DNA of 35,544 bases from a virus: positions 1 to 35,544 of IMG/VR virus record IMGVR_UViG_3300049215_000193; one strand, 5' to 3'. Every line of letters starts with the position of its first letter. Positions within the stretch are counted from its first letter, which is position 1. Of the stretch, positions 14,011 to 22,340 are shown piece after piece. The translations under genes were made by a program, and so were the position numbers. Under the pieces are notes generated by a model, which was not told where the DNA came from, did not search any database, and was given only the letters and a program-made list of their open reading frames with translations.

Positions 14011-16173
14011 CTATTGTAAGCGTGCTGATCCGCGAGATGCGTAGAATACCATACCATGCAATTCAAAATCACTAAAGGCAATATCCGGATTAGTTATCTG
14101 TGCAGGGCTCATAAAGAGCCGAAGCTGGATATACGTTCCATCTGCCTGCAAATAGACCTGATGCCACAGTCGATCTTGCGTAGCCTCATAGGGATATAAT
14201 GGATATGGATGCGTTTCAAGAACCGAGGTGCCCAACGCACTTCCACTGACTTCTGCCTCGTTTGCTAATGGCAGAGAAGAAGAAGATGTGAAGTATTCTA
14301 CCGTTAATTCTCCGTCATCTGTCCTATCAACCTGGAAAGAAACACGTGGAACAAACATATTACGATCTTCTTTTGCGTAGAAGTTGTACTGCTTAGTCAC
14401 GATATTTATGTTACTTACTCGTGCGATGGTACCACCACCCGTGTAAGTTCCGGTTGAGTTAGTCAAAATAGTGAAGGTATTACGATCAATCACATTCACC
14501 AGGTATATATTATCGTTATAAGAGGTTATACCTTGGGCATTTTCTATAATGACATAATCACCTGCAGAAAGATTATGATCTATCACGGTTATAATTCCCG
14601 CATTAGTCATATTAGTTATCTGAAGCGCAGGTGCGTTACGAGAATAGTCTGGATCGATGATAAAGACGAATCCTTCTTGATTTCCGGCAATGATTTGGCG
14701 GAATCTTGCTTGAAGGATAGCTCCTCCCCAATTTTCAAGACTTTCTCCCCAGAGCTCATCGCTATTTGCCCATGTTTGAGAGAATGATTGCTGGTAGTGC
14801 CCGAAGCAGGTGATAGAATCCTCATTAATCGCCCATACACCCGTCTTATAGTTGTAAACAAGTACTCGATCAGGGTAGGGAAAGTCATCAGTACGATCAA
14901 TACTTGGCAAAGTCCAATAGACCATCTCAACATAGTAATCACGAATTCCATACACCCTCTCTACACCATCGCTATCATTATGTATTTCAAACACCAAATC
15001 AGGAATCTTGCTATCGATTCGCTCTACGTTGGAGCCATTACATGCGTGAATACCAACGTTTCCAACCCCAAGCGCAACCTGATCAAAGGGAACTACTGAG
15101 AAGGTGCTTTCCGCACCCAATTCCGTATTGATTTGTTGCCACACAAAAGGAAGAACTTGGTTACCCGTATATGCAAGCTCCCACGTAGAACGCTCAAAAA
15201 AGACAATTAGGCGGTCTTTTACAAATTCAACGGTTACAATGGCTTCTGATGTAGGACAATCGATGAATGAACCTCGGCCAACAATGTCCTGACGCCATGC
15301 ATCAGCATCAAGAGGAGAACCATTTTGAGAGAACCGCGCTCTATTAATAAAGGTGGTCGGAACACCGCTTACTTCTTCAATAGTATTGAGCGCAACTAAA
15401 CGATCCTTGAAAGGAACGATAATGCGCGAAGATATAAGCTCATCACCACCAGCATTAATAGTAAAAGTGGGAGTAGTCCATGTAGAACCATCCCAGTATC
15501 TTATTGGATCATTATAGTTAGTTACGAATAACAGCCGAACGTTGGGAGTAATACCTTGCCACGTTGTTCCCCAAAAGAACTGAGCATTTGTTCCCGTCCA
15601 TACCTCAGTCCCCGCCTGCTCCCATCCTGTAGCCGTATATTCATAGGAAAACTGAGTATCGAAAGCAATAACCGGTTCATCATTATTTGCCTGCACATCA
15701 TAAGTCACGAGACCCATAACAGGGAGTGCTGGATAATAATAAACTATAGTGGCAGGAGTTGCTCCTGTTATTACGACAGCTCCAGTCGTAGTATTAAATG
15801 TGCCCGTTGCTGCCGTAGTTGAAAGCATATTCGCTGGAGTTCCTACAAGGGATACCGTGAACAACGCATTACCTACAGAGAACATCATTCCCGTTCTACC
15901 TGCGGTCGTAACGCCGGGGACCGATACGGCTAAATTACCTGATCCATCAGTTGTACCAATATTGATACGCAATCGCGAGGCGAGAGTTTCAAACCCTGCA
16001 ACTGGGCCGGCTGAACCTTGCATAGGACGAGAGCCGAATCGCTTGCGTACGCGACCACGAAATACATAGGTATTGGTCATGGTTGCAAAGGCATTATCAG
16101 GAATCATAAACGGTCTAAGATCCGTCTGCAAACCGCCGTCATTGGGAGCAATCATAAAACGATCAAATGCCAT
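14011..16173 (-). CDS. Large tail protein, possibly a nozzle/tail tubular B-like protein
   Basis: 720 aa with a TAAGGAG junction. The N-terminus (GGLQTDLRPFMIPDNAFATMTNTYVFRGRVRKRFG) resembles N-termini of podovirus tail tubular B proteins as I recall them. It carries an inserted HNLSAGDYVII...NIYLVNVIDRNTFTIL barrel motif. Confidence 0.5.
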   Translation of the reverse strand: MAFDRFMIAPNDGGLQTDLRPFMIPDNAFATMTNTYVFRGRVRKRFGSRPMQGSAGPVAGFETLASRLRINIGTTDGSGNLAVSVPGVTTAGRTGMMFSVGNALFTVSLVGTPANMLSTTAATGTFNTTTGAVVITGATPATIVYYYPALPVMGLVTYDVQANNDEPVIAFDTQFSYEYTATGWEQAGTEVWTGTNAQFFWGTTWQGITPNVRLLFVTNYNDPIRYWDGSTWTTPTFTINAGGDELISSRIIVPFKDRLVALNTIEEVSGVPTTFINRARFSQNGSPLDADAWRQDIVGRGSFIDCPTSEAIVTVEFVKDRLIVFFERSTWELAYTGNQVLPFVWQQINTELGAESTFSVVPFDQVALGVGNVGIHACNGSNVERIDSKIPDLVFEIHNDSDGVERVYGIRDYYVEMVYWTLPSIDRTDDFPYPDRVLVYNYKTGVWAINEDSITCFGHYQQSFSQTWANSDELWGESLENWGGAILQARFRQIIAGNQEGFVFIIDPDYSRNAPALQITNMTNAGIITVIDHNLSAGDYVIIENAQGITSYNDNIYLVNVIDRNTFTILTNSTGTYTGGGTIARVSNINIVTKQYNFYAKEDRNMFVPRVSFQVDRTDDGELTVEYFTSSSSLPLANEAEVSGSALGTSVLETHPYPLYPYEATQDRLWHQVYLQADGTYIQLRLFMSPAQITNPDIAFSDFELHGMVFYASRGSARLQ

Positions 16174-16182
16174 GTTAACTCC

Positions 16183-16758
16183 TTAAGATGCTAAGCTTCC
16201 GTAAGCTACCCACATAAATGTTGAATTATTGGCTGCCGCATTTACCGTGAAGGTTCCACCTGGAAGAGTTATAGTTTGTACCCATACTCTGAAATCGCCA
16301 GTTGGTGTTAATTGCACTGAAGCAATATTATTCATGGTCGGAAAAGCAACATTAGAATTAACATCAATAACTACGGGAGCGTTTGTTCTTGTTCCGGTTC
16401 CCCATCTGATTAATACTCCAGAAGGAAGTATAGTAAATCCAGATCCTCCGCTGGCTGACAATGTGCCACCGCGTCGAGTGAATGGAACTTCTATTGAAGC
16501 ATCACCTTTTTTTATACAAAGCTGATTAGATCCATCCACTAATCGGTTGTACATATTAAATTGTGATACATCAGCAGGAACAACTGCCGCAGGTTGTTGG
16601 GTAAATGTCACGAACTTATGCTTACCCTGATCAGCGCTATTAAATGGTTCATGATTGACTGCAAAAACCGTATCGATAGCAGCAAAGTTATCTAATATAG
16701 GCTGCTGGGTATTCTTTATTTTCTGATTAGCTTGAGGAACATTATTATTATATGCCAT
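16183..16758 (-). CDS. Virion/tail structural protein (hypothetical)
   Basis: 191 aa. The N-terminus PQANQKIKNTQQPILDNFAAIDTVFAVNHEPF...GKHKFVTF is typical of short tail-fibre/adaptor proteins (recollection only). Confidence 0.45.
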   Translation of the reverse strand: MAYNNNVPQANQKIKNTQQPILDNFAAIDTVFAVNHEPFNSADQGKHKFVTFTQQPAAVVPADVSQFNMYNRLVDGSNQLCIKKGDASIEVPFTRRGGTLSASGGSGFTILPSGVLIRWGTGTRTNAPVVIDVNSNVAFPTMNNIASVQLTPTGDFRVWVQTITLPGGTFTVNAAANNSTFMWVAYGSLAS

Positions 16759-16773
16759 TTTCTCTCCTAGTAA

Positions 16774-17802
16774 TTAATACGGCCATCCGCCATTGCCAAA
16801 GAATCCACCCCATCCATACCCATAGTTCTTACCCATAGTGTAAATAGTTGGAGTACGCTCGTTAGCTGCTTGCATGAGCGTTGCTCTGAGAGTGAGTGAT
16901 TCTTGCTCTCTGAGCATCGGCATTATGAGCGCTACTGAGTCCATATCCATTTGATCTTCGAATCGTTTTTTTGCTGCAAGAATAGCAATATATTGCCACC
17001 ATTGCTCAAGCTGTGGGCTCTCATCAGAATCAAGAAGCTCAGATGGACGAATATATACTTCAAGAGATACCTCATACACTTTGTCTGGAATAGGTCGAAG
17101 TAAGAACTTCTGATCAAAGTAGAGAATACACAATGGTTTAGACGCTTGATACGGGATGGTTTCAGACTTGATAGGTTGACCAGCCGTGATCGCATTGGCG
17201 AAGGTGAGTACATATTCACCAGTAATGTAGTTAATAAAGTTATTAGGATCCACTACCGTCGTAGAAGTAGGCGGAGTATTAGGCTCTGACAAATTACCGA
17301 ATTCATTGTTAATAGGAGTATCGATAAGCGTCTGTCCGGTGTTTAATGATCCGCGTCCTGTGAATATGACGTTCCCTGGTATAACTGGCTTTGCAAAAAG
17401 CGTTCCTGAGTATGGGCCTTGTGTCCCATCTCCGGTTAATCCGGTATCACCTATCGTATTCACTTGCGGATAATATGCGTAGAATTCTTCACGTCGCTGT
17501 GTATAAAATGCAGGTACACCGGCAATAAATGCAGGTGGATGCACCGAAATATACCTATTCTTAAAGTTATAGAGTGGATCGTTTACATCCGTGGTATTCG
17601 TTTCGTATTCACCCACATTTGGTTGTGTATAGAATTTAAGTACTGTTCTGGTAGGGAATAAACGTAACCGCTCAGGAAGATCATACAGTATCACCGTATT
17701 TATATAATCATCCAGCTCTATGGTAGTAAGCTGTCCTTCGGACGGTGAGCGTGTTATCCGACGAACTTTATTTCGTATCGCTTGCAATGTCGTTTGTGAC
17801 AT
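16774..17802 (-). CDS. Virion structural protein (possible head-tail adaptor)
   Basis: 342 aa, coding-dense, lying between capsid and tail genes. No diagnostic motif was recognised. Confidence 0.4.
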   Translation of the reverse strand: MSQTTLQAIRNKVRRITRSPSEGQLTTIELDDYINTVILYDLPERLRLFPTRTVLKFYTQPNVGEYETNTTDVNDPLYNFKNRYISVHPPAFIAGVPAFYTQRREEFYAYYPQVNTIGDTGLTGDGTQGPYSGTLFAKPVIPGNVIFTGRGSLNTGQTLIDTPINNEFGNLSEPNTPPTSTTVVDPNNFINYITGEYVLTFANAITAGQPIKSETIPYQASKPLCILYFDQKFLLRPIPDKVYEVSLEVYIRPSELLDSDESPQLEQWWQYIAILAAKKRFEDQMDMDSVALIMPMLREQESLTLRATLMQAANERTPTIYTMGKNYGYGWGGFFGNGGWPY

Positions 17803-17812
17803 GAAATCTCCT

Positions 17813-18178
17813 TTATGGATATGGTAACACGTTCTGAGTTGCTGATCGTAATGAGCTATTTATTTCCCCTACAGGAACTATTTGCGCGGGCGTTGTAAAA
17901 GCGCCAGGAAAGGGAGGCGGTATAACAAATGGTTCGACATGCAGAGTGTTAATTGAAAGCAAAAACTGCGTGTCATTTACCACCGTTACTTCGCCGAGCG
18001 CTTGCCTAGGAGCAAGAACCATCCCAAATCCTTCTGGTATAACCAACCGCGCAATAAGCCCATCGATATACTGATGGGCAAAAGAGGTTGTCACTAACGC
18101 GGGAAAGCCATTAGTGACAGCTATGACAACGCGCATAGCAGGTTGATACATAGGATATTGTTCTGCTAGGATTGCCAT
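17813..18178 (-). CDS. Small structural protein sharing a barrel motif and the C-terminal PAQ(I/V)VPVGE motif with 18732..19721
   Basis: 121 aa. Contains FAHQYIDGLIARLVIPEGFGM...GEVTVVNDTQFLLSI and TPAQIVPVGE. Confidence 0.5.
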   Translation of the reverse strand: MAILAEQYPMYQPAMRVVIAVTNGFPALVTTSFAHQYIDGLIARLVIPEGFGMVLAPRQALGEVTVVNDTQFLLSINTLHVEPFVIPPPFPGAFTTPAQIVPVGEINSSLRSATQNVLPYP

Positions 18179-18189
18179 AGTTCCTCCTT

Positions 18190-18657
18190 TTAAGCTGTTT
18201 TTACTTCAATAATGGATGAAGTAACCGGTGACATATCAAGATCAGAGTCCATAAAGTCTAAGCTTTGGAACCCAAATCGATAAACTTTACGAGCCATGCT
18301 TGGTGCTTGCACTGGCTTTAGTCTACCATCTGCAAGACCGGTTTGAACAACCGCGTCACTCTCAGCGCCCTTCAGTTGTTTGTATTCGTAGTAGAAACAA
18401 TCTTGATTTAAGTGACGGGCTACACCGCGTGGTATGCGATAGCGCTCGCCATCTTCTAGAATGTAATGATCTATTTCATCGCCCTTATAGAGCTTAAATC
18501 CAAAAGCAACTGTCATGCCTGGATTTTCATAGTTTTTAAAGATACCGGTAACCATCTCTGAATCACGGTCACGTAAGCGTTCCATATCTGCCGCTGTAAG
18601 TGTTTTACCCGATCTTCGAGTTGTTTTACCGATTACGCCTAATTTTCCGTCTTTCAT
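18190..18657 (-). CDS. Hypothetical structural-module protein
   Basis: Start set at MKDGKLGV with AAGGAG 5 nt upstream. It is the first gene after the terminator at 18671..18700. Confidence 0.5.
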   Translation of the reverse strand: MKDGKLGVIGKTTRRSGKTLTAADMERLRDRDSEMVTGIFKNYENPGMTVAFGFKLYKGDEIDHYILEDGERYRIPRGVARHLNQDCFYYEYKQLKGAESDAVVQTGLADGRLKPVQAPSMARKVYRFGFQSLDFMDSDLDMSPVTSSIIEVKTA

Positions 18658-18670
18658 TCTTACTCCTTGA

Positions 18671-18700
18671 GAAAAACCCAAGGGCTCGAAAGCCCCTGGG
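18671..18700 (-). terminator. Rho-independent terminator with UUCG loop (CCCAGGGGCU-UUCG-AGCCCUUGGG-UUUUUCUC on the minus strand)
   Basis: 10-bp GC-rich stem with one mismatch and a T5 tail, read directly between 18732..19721 and 18190..18657. Confidence 0.7.
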
Positions 18701-18731
18701 AAGTAATGCGCACTAAGAGATAAACTCAGTA

Positions 18732-19721
18732 CTATTGATTGTCAACGCTGAATGATTTACCAGCCACCCAGAAGATAACATCAGAAGCAACACCCGCAGG
18801 GCTTAATGTCCCAGCAGCCATTTGGATTCCGATGATACCTTGGTTTTCAGTAGCATCACCAAGTATGTCAACATTGAAGTTCAGTGCAGTTGCAGTGTCT
18901 TCACCAACTGGTACCACTTGAGCAGGAGTGAAACCAGGAGATGATGTAAGAGGGAATGCAAATGCGGTGAACCCTGAAGAATCAATATCAATCGTGATTG
19001 TATTGTTCACCAAGTCTACTGCGATAATGCTTGCTTGAACGCCGTTCAATTCAGTCATACCGTAGTGAGTCGCATCAACAGTAGGGATAATGAAGCGAAC
19101 TTCTTGTCCTACTGTGAATTGGTGAGTAACTGTCATAGTAATAACAGTTGTTGTTCCAACAGACGCAATCTTAGAAATGAATCTACGACGCGGGTAGAAC
19201 AATGGATTGAAATTAACTTTTCTGTATGAACCAGTAGTTGCAGCGGCAATCTGTGCCATGAAAGCAAGAGTGAAGCTCGTGTTTGCAACGATTGATCCAA
19301 TAGTAAAGTCGATCCCACCCAACTGTTGTCCACCTGTTACGTTGTACAAGCGAACTACATCACCATTGCTAAGACCAGCAGTGCTCGCAGTAGAAACTAC
19401 TGGAGTTGCGGCGTTAGAAATAGCACTTAAAGCTACAACAGGCCCAAGGGTTTGGATTGACTGATCAATAAGAGTAAATCCACCTTGAACGGCGATTTGC
19501 CCTACTTGAAGAGCATTAGTAGTTGTAGTTTTAGTGTAGATAGTTCCACGACCTTGGGTCATGCCACGTTGCCAATAGAATTCAGCACCGGTGTCAGCAC
19601 CCGCAGCATAAGAAACTGTAGAGTTATAGACGCGTATCCAGTCAACATCTGAGCGAATATTAAGAATAGTAGTTGCACCAGTTGCGGTGAATCTACCTTG
19701 TTGAATAATAGTTCCGTTCAT
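18732..19721 (-). CDS. Abundant capsid-associated protein (decoration or second capsid protein, inferred)
   Basis: 329 aa; a TGAGGAG junction follows the capsid gene directly, and the terminator comes right after it. It has two copies of a GDxVxL...G...FTL barrel-like motif. Confidence 0.5.
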   Translation of the reverse strand: MNGTIIQQGRFTATGATTILNIRSDVDWIRVYNSTVSYAAGADTGAEFYWQRGMTQGRGTIYTKTTTTNALQVGQIAVQGGFTLIDQSIQTLGPVVALSAISNAATPVVSTASTAGLSNGDVVRLYNVTGGQQLGGIDFTIGSIVANTSFTLAFMAQIAAATTGSYRKVNFNPLFYPRRRFISKIASVGTTTVITMTVTHQFTVGQEVRFIIPTVDATHYGMTELNGVQASIIAVDLVNNTITIDIDSSGFTAFAFPLTSSPGFTPAQVVPVGEDTATALNFNVDILGDATENQGIIGIQMAAGTLSPAGVASDVIFWVAGKSFSVDNQ

Positions 19722-19730
19722 TGTTACTCC

Positions 19731-20675
19731 TCAAGGTAAGGTTGCGCGAAGGTTGTAGATCCAAAGATCGTTCAAGATTCTTGGAACCTCAGCAAACACA
19801 TAACCTAATGTTACGTTTTGGAAAAGAGGATCACTGTAAACAGGAGGTCTGTAGAGGAAGCGTGCTGAGTAGTTATCTTGCTCAACACATGCTAACGCTT
19901 CCATACCTTGGATGAAGATGTTGTACACATCGTTACCGAGGTTAGATGCATTAGGAGATACAGAACCTACAGAGCTGAGCATGAAGCGAACGTTGTTGTA
20001 GCTTCCCCACTCAGAACGTACTGTTTGGTTTTGATTTGGATAGTTCCATTTCGCAATGAAACCATTCAAGTTGTTCAAGCTTGAAGACAAGTTGGTGTGT
20101 CCAAGACCGATATAACAGTCACGAACTGGACCTGTACCAAAACGATCTTCACCTTCTTGAGAATCGAGGATCATCCAAGCATCGTTTGAAAGCAACGCTT
20201 GAGTAACATCGTCGATGTCAGAAGCTGAAAGGTTGGTAGGGTTGTCACCATTTGTTCCACCAGTACAGTTCACGAATGATGCAGTTGATGCAAGCATATC
20301 GCGCGTTAATTGGTCTTCAGTCATACGAAGAGAAAGACCGAGTAACTGAGCTGTTTCTGAAAGAACCGGATCTTGGTTTTGGAGTGTTACTTGTTGGTTG
20401 ATAGCAACATATTGTCCATAGAAAGACATTGTCGCATCAATATCAACAGCAGTTAACGGAGTCGCAGGAGGCGTTGCACCAGATGGCCCGAGAGGGATTG
20501 GAGCAGTCGGTAGACGATCATAACGTCTCATACGGAGGGTTCTACCACCTTTAGCAGGTAAGCGTTTCGGTTCAGCTGCAAGCTTATGGATAAGATTTGG
20601 AGTTCTTACCGATAAGAGAACGTCATCAAAATGCTGCTGCACTGGTGCAGGTAGAAGTGTAGTAGTAGTAATCAT
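19731..20675 (-). CDS. Major capsid protein (HK97 fold)
   Basis: Start set at ATG 20675 (AAGGTG upstream; the ORF track uses GTG 20684). LPAKGGRTLRMRRYDRL...PLGPSGATPP...ATMSFYGQYVAINQQV...DPVLSETAQLLG matches the conserved N-terminal pattern of HK97-like capsid proteins. The resemblance to the N4 gp56-type family is from recollection. Confidence 0.8.
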   Translation of the reverse strand: MITTTTLLPAPVQQHFDDVLLSVRTPNLIHKLAAEPKRLPAKGGRTLRMRRYDRLPTAPIPLGPSGATPPATPLTAVDIDATMSFYGQYVAINQQVTLQNQDPVLSETAQLLGLSLRMTEDQLTRDMLASTASFVNCTGGTNGDNPTNLSASDIDDVTQALLSNDAWMILDSQEGEDRFGTGPVRDCYIGLGHTNLSSSLNNLNGFIAKWNYPNQNQTVRSEWGSYNNVRFMLSSVGSVSPNASNLGNDVYNIFIQGMEALACVEQDNYSARFLYRPPVYSDPLFQNVTLGYVFAEVPRILNDLWIYNLRATLP

Positions 20676-20779
20676 AACTAACACCTTTTGAAAAACGAAC
20701 GGATATGACTTGAGCGTGACGAAGGCTCCATACGTCGAAGGGAGGCAGGCTGTCGAAACCTAGATACGACAAATGCGGG

Positions 20780-20797
20780 GACGAATCGCGATACGTC
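20780..20797. promoter_or_regulatory. Near-perfect 18-bp palindrome GACGtATCGCGATtCGTC just downstream of the TATAAT box in the capsid-gene leader
   Basis: Read directly: 16 of 18 positions are self-complementary, and it starts 4 nt downstream of the -10 element. Confidence 0.4.
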
Positions 20798-20801
20798 TGC
20801 G

Positions 20802-20834
20802 ATTATACTACAATAGTAGGATTACTTTTGGCAA
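20802..20834 (-). promoter_or_regulatory. Candidate late promoter for the capsid operon (consensus TATAAT; TTGCCA -35-like hexamer)
   Basis: Minus strand: TTGCCA-N18-TAGTAT overlapping a perfect TATAAT (plus-strand 20802..20807). The spacing to TATAAT itself is 21 nt, so -35 usage is uncertain. Confidence 0.4.
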
Positions 20835-20894
20835 GACAAAATCATTTGATATCTTACTAACAAAATAAAATTCTAACATTGCAACGGAGAATAT

Positions 20895-21200
20895 ATGGAA
20901 AATGATTTCCCAGAAGAAGTATTACAATTTATGAATGACACTTATAATCCTATGGGATTCTTAGAATATTTAACCGAAGAAGAAAAGCGTAAATATCGCA
21001 GAGAAGAGAAAAATCTTAATAAACAACTACAAGAGCTCAAGGAAGACTACAATGAAATAGCAGGAGAAAGATTAAGCTGCCAGATTCTCCTGGGTCATAT
21101 CAAAGAAAAAATTGGTGAAAATAAATTCACAGAAATGACAGTGTATTTAAAATCATTGAACAGTATTCATCTTCAAAAGATATACACATTATTAAAGTAA
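20895..21200 (+). CDS. Hypothetical acidic coiled-coil protein (opposite-strand moron)
   Basis: 101 aa with GGAG 6 nt upstream, followed by the hairpin at 21218..21245. Confidence 0.55.
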   Translation: MENDFPEEVLQFMNDTYNPMGFLEYLTEEEKRKYRREEKNLNKQLQELKEDYNEIAGERLSCQILLGHIKEKIGENKFTEMTVYLKSLNSIHLQKIYTLLK

Positions 21201-21217
21201 TAAATTTCAATCGAAGA

Positions 21218-21245
21218 AGGCCCTAGAATATTACTCTTCTAGAGC
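21218..21245. terminator. Hairpin (ggccctagaa-tattactc-ttctagagcc, 9/10 bp) between the convergent plus-strand ORF and the tRNA
   Basis: Read directly. It has a T-rich tail on the minus strand (ttcttcgattg). Confidence 0.4.
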
Positions 21246-21269
21246 CAATCAAAGAAGATGAGATCGAGT

Positions 21270-21346
21270 TGGATGCGGAGGCTGGATTTGAACCAACGAC
21301 CTCAGGGTTATGAGCCCTACGAGCTACCAGACTGCTCTACTCCGCG
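21270..21346 (-). tRNA. tRNA-Met (anticodon CAU) with bacterial initiator (fMet) signatures and an encoded CCA
   Basis: Reverse complement: CGCGGAG-UA-GAGC-AGUCUGGUA-GCUC-G-UAGGG-CUCAUAA-CCCUG-AGGUC-GUUGG-UUCAAAU-CCAGC-CUCCGCA-U-CCA. It forms a full cloverleaf with a C1xA72 mismatch, A11:U24 and three G:C pairs closing the anticodon stem. Confidence 0.9.
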
Positions 21347-21362
21347 ATGTAAGAGCACTATT

Positions 21363-21722
21363 CTATAATGAATTGTTAATATTTTCTACTATTACTCCCA
21401 TAGTCATGAAAGCGTGTTGAAATACACCAAATGACGGGGTTGATTTAATCTTCCTCCAAAAATGAAGGGCGATCGGTAAGAATTCACGGAGTGCATCATT
21501 CATCTGATTCTTGCATTCTTCTTTATGCTCTGGAGGCAATTGATAATCAAGCAACCTTATAGTGGTATATGTTAACATTGCCAGCTTCTCATAAATAGAT
21601 TTGTCAAAATCATCGAGAAGATGATTATTATCCATGATGATCTTCTGAATACACTCGGAAGACTTATACCATGGCTGTAATTTTTCTTGATTCCACGGAT
21701 CAATACTTGTCTCTTTATTCAT
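21363..21722 (-). CDS. Hypothetical protein
   Basis: 119 aa, tightly packed after 21725..21913. Confidence 0.5.
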   Translation of the reverse strand: MNKETSIDPWNQEKLQPWYKSSECIQKIIMDNNHLLDDFDKSIYEKLAMLTYTTIRLLDYQLPPEHKEECKNQMNDALREFLPIALHFWRKIKSTPSFGVFQHAFMTMGVIVENINNSL

Positions 21723-21724
21723 AA

Positions 21725-21913
21725 TTATTCAAAATATTTCTTTTCTATAAAATGATCAATAATTAAAGATGCATCAGTATTCAGAATTTGGGATATAAAA
21801 TTTAATATGGGATCCTGAATAGAATTTGTGATTGCCCAGTTAAGCTGCAATCCTTTACCATTTACATGAATATATAATAATTTGTTTTGTTTATCTAAAG
21901 TAGATCGAATCAT
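21725..21913 (-). CDS. Hypothetical small protein (paralogue of 22071..22331)
   Basis: 62 aa. PILNFISQILNTDASLIIDHF parallels ELINRVSQVLKLDSEVIINHF. Confidence 0.55.
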   Translation of the reverse strand: MIRSTLDKQNKLLYIHVNGKGLQLNWAITNSIQDPILNFISQILNTDASLIIDHFIEKKYFE

Positions 21914-22081
21914 TTATTCCTCTACTTTATCAATTTTCTTATTTTCTCTTTCACAAAGGCACCGCATATCTGAGATATTATTCTCCTTTTGATGATATTG
22001 AGATACCACTAGCCACGGACACAAAAGTTGATGGGCTAACTTTTCTTGTAATTCTTTAGACAAAGGTGAATTATTGATCAT
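21914..22081 (-). CDS. 55-aa Cys-containing small protein (below the ORF-track cutoff)
   Basis: Translated by hand: MINNSPLSKELQEKLAHQLLCPWLVVSQYHQKENNISDMRCLCERENKKIDKVEE. The ATG overlaps the end of the upstream gene and the stop abuts the next ATG, so the ORF exactly fills the apparent gap. Confidence 0.5.
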   Translation of the reverse strand: MINNSPLSKELQEKLAHQLLCPWLVVSQYHQKENNISDMRCLCERENKKIDKVEE

Positions 22082-22331
22082 GCCTTTTAGTCCTTTTACT
22101 GTTTCTAAAATGATTTATAATTACCTCGGAATCTAACTTTAATACCTGCGATACTCTATTTATTAATTCTTTTTCTAAAGGGTCTGCCAATTTTTCTATA
22201 AGCAATACTGACCCCTCCAACACGAATTGTGGGGAATATATAGCCAGATATTTTACAGAATTTTTAGTGTACAAATATGATTCAATAACATGGCCATATC
22301 TCAATTTTCTATTGCTAAATTTAACTATCAT
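22071..22331 (-). CDS. Hypothetical small protein (paralogue of 21725..21913)
   Basis: 86 aa with the shared C-terminal motif described for 21725..21913. Confidence 0.55.
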   Translation of the reverse strand: MIVKFSNRKLRYGHVIESYLYTKNSVKYLAIYSPQFVLEGSVLLIEKLADPLEKELINRVSQVLKLDSEVIINHFRNSKRTKRHDQ

Positions 22332-22340
22332 TTTTGAAAT

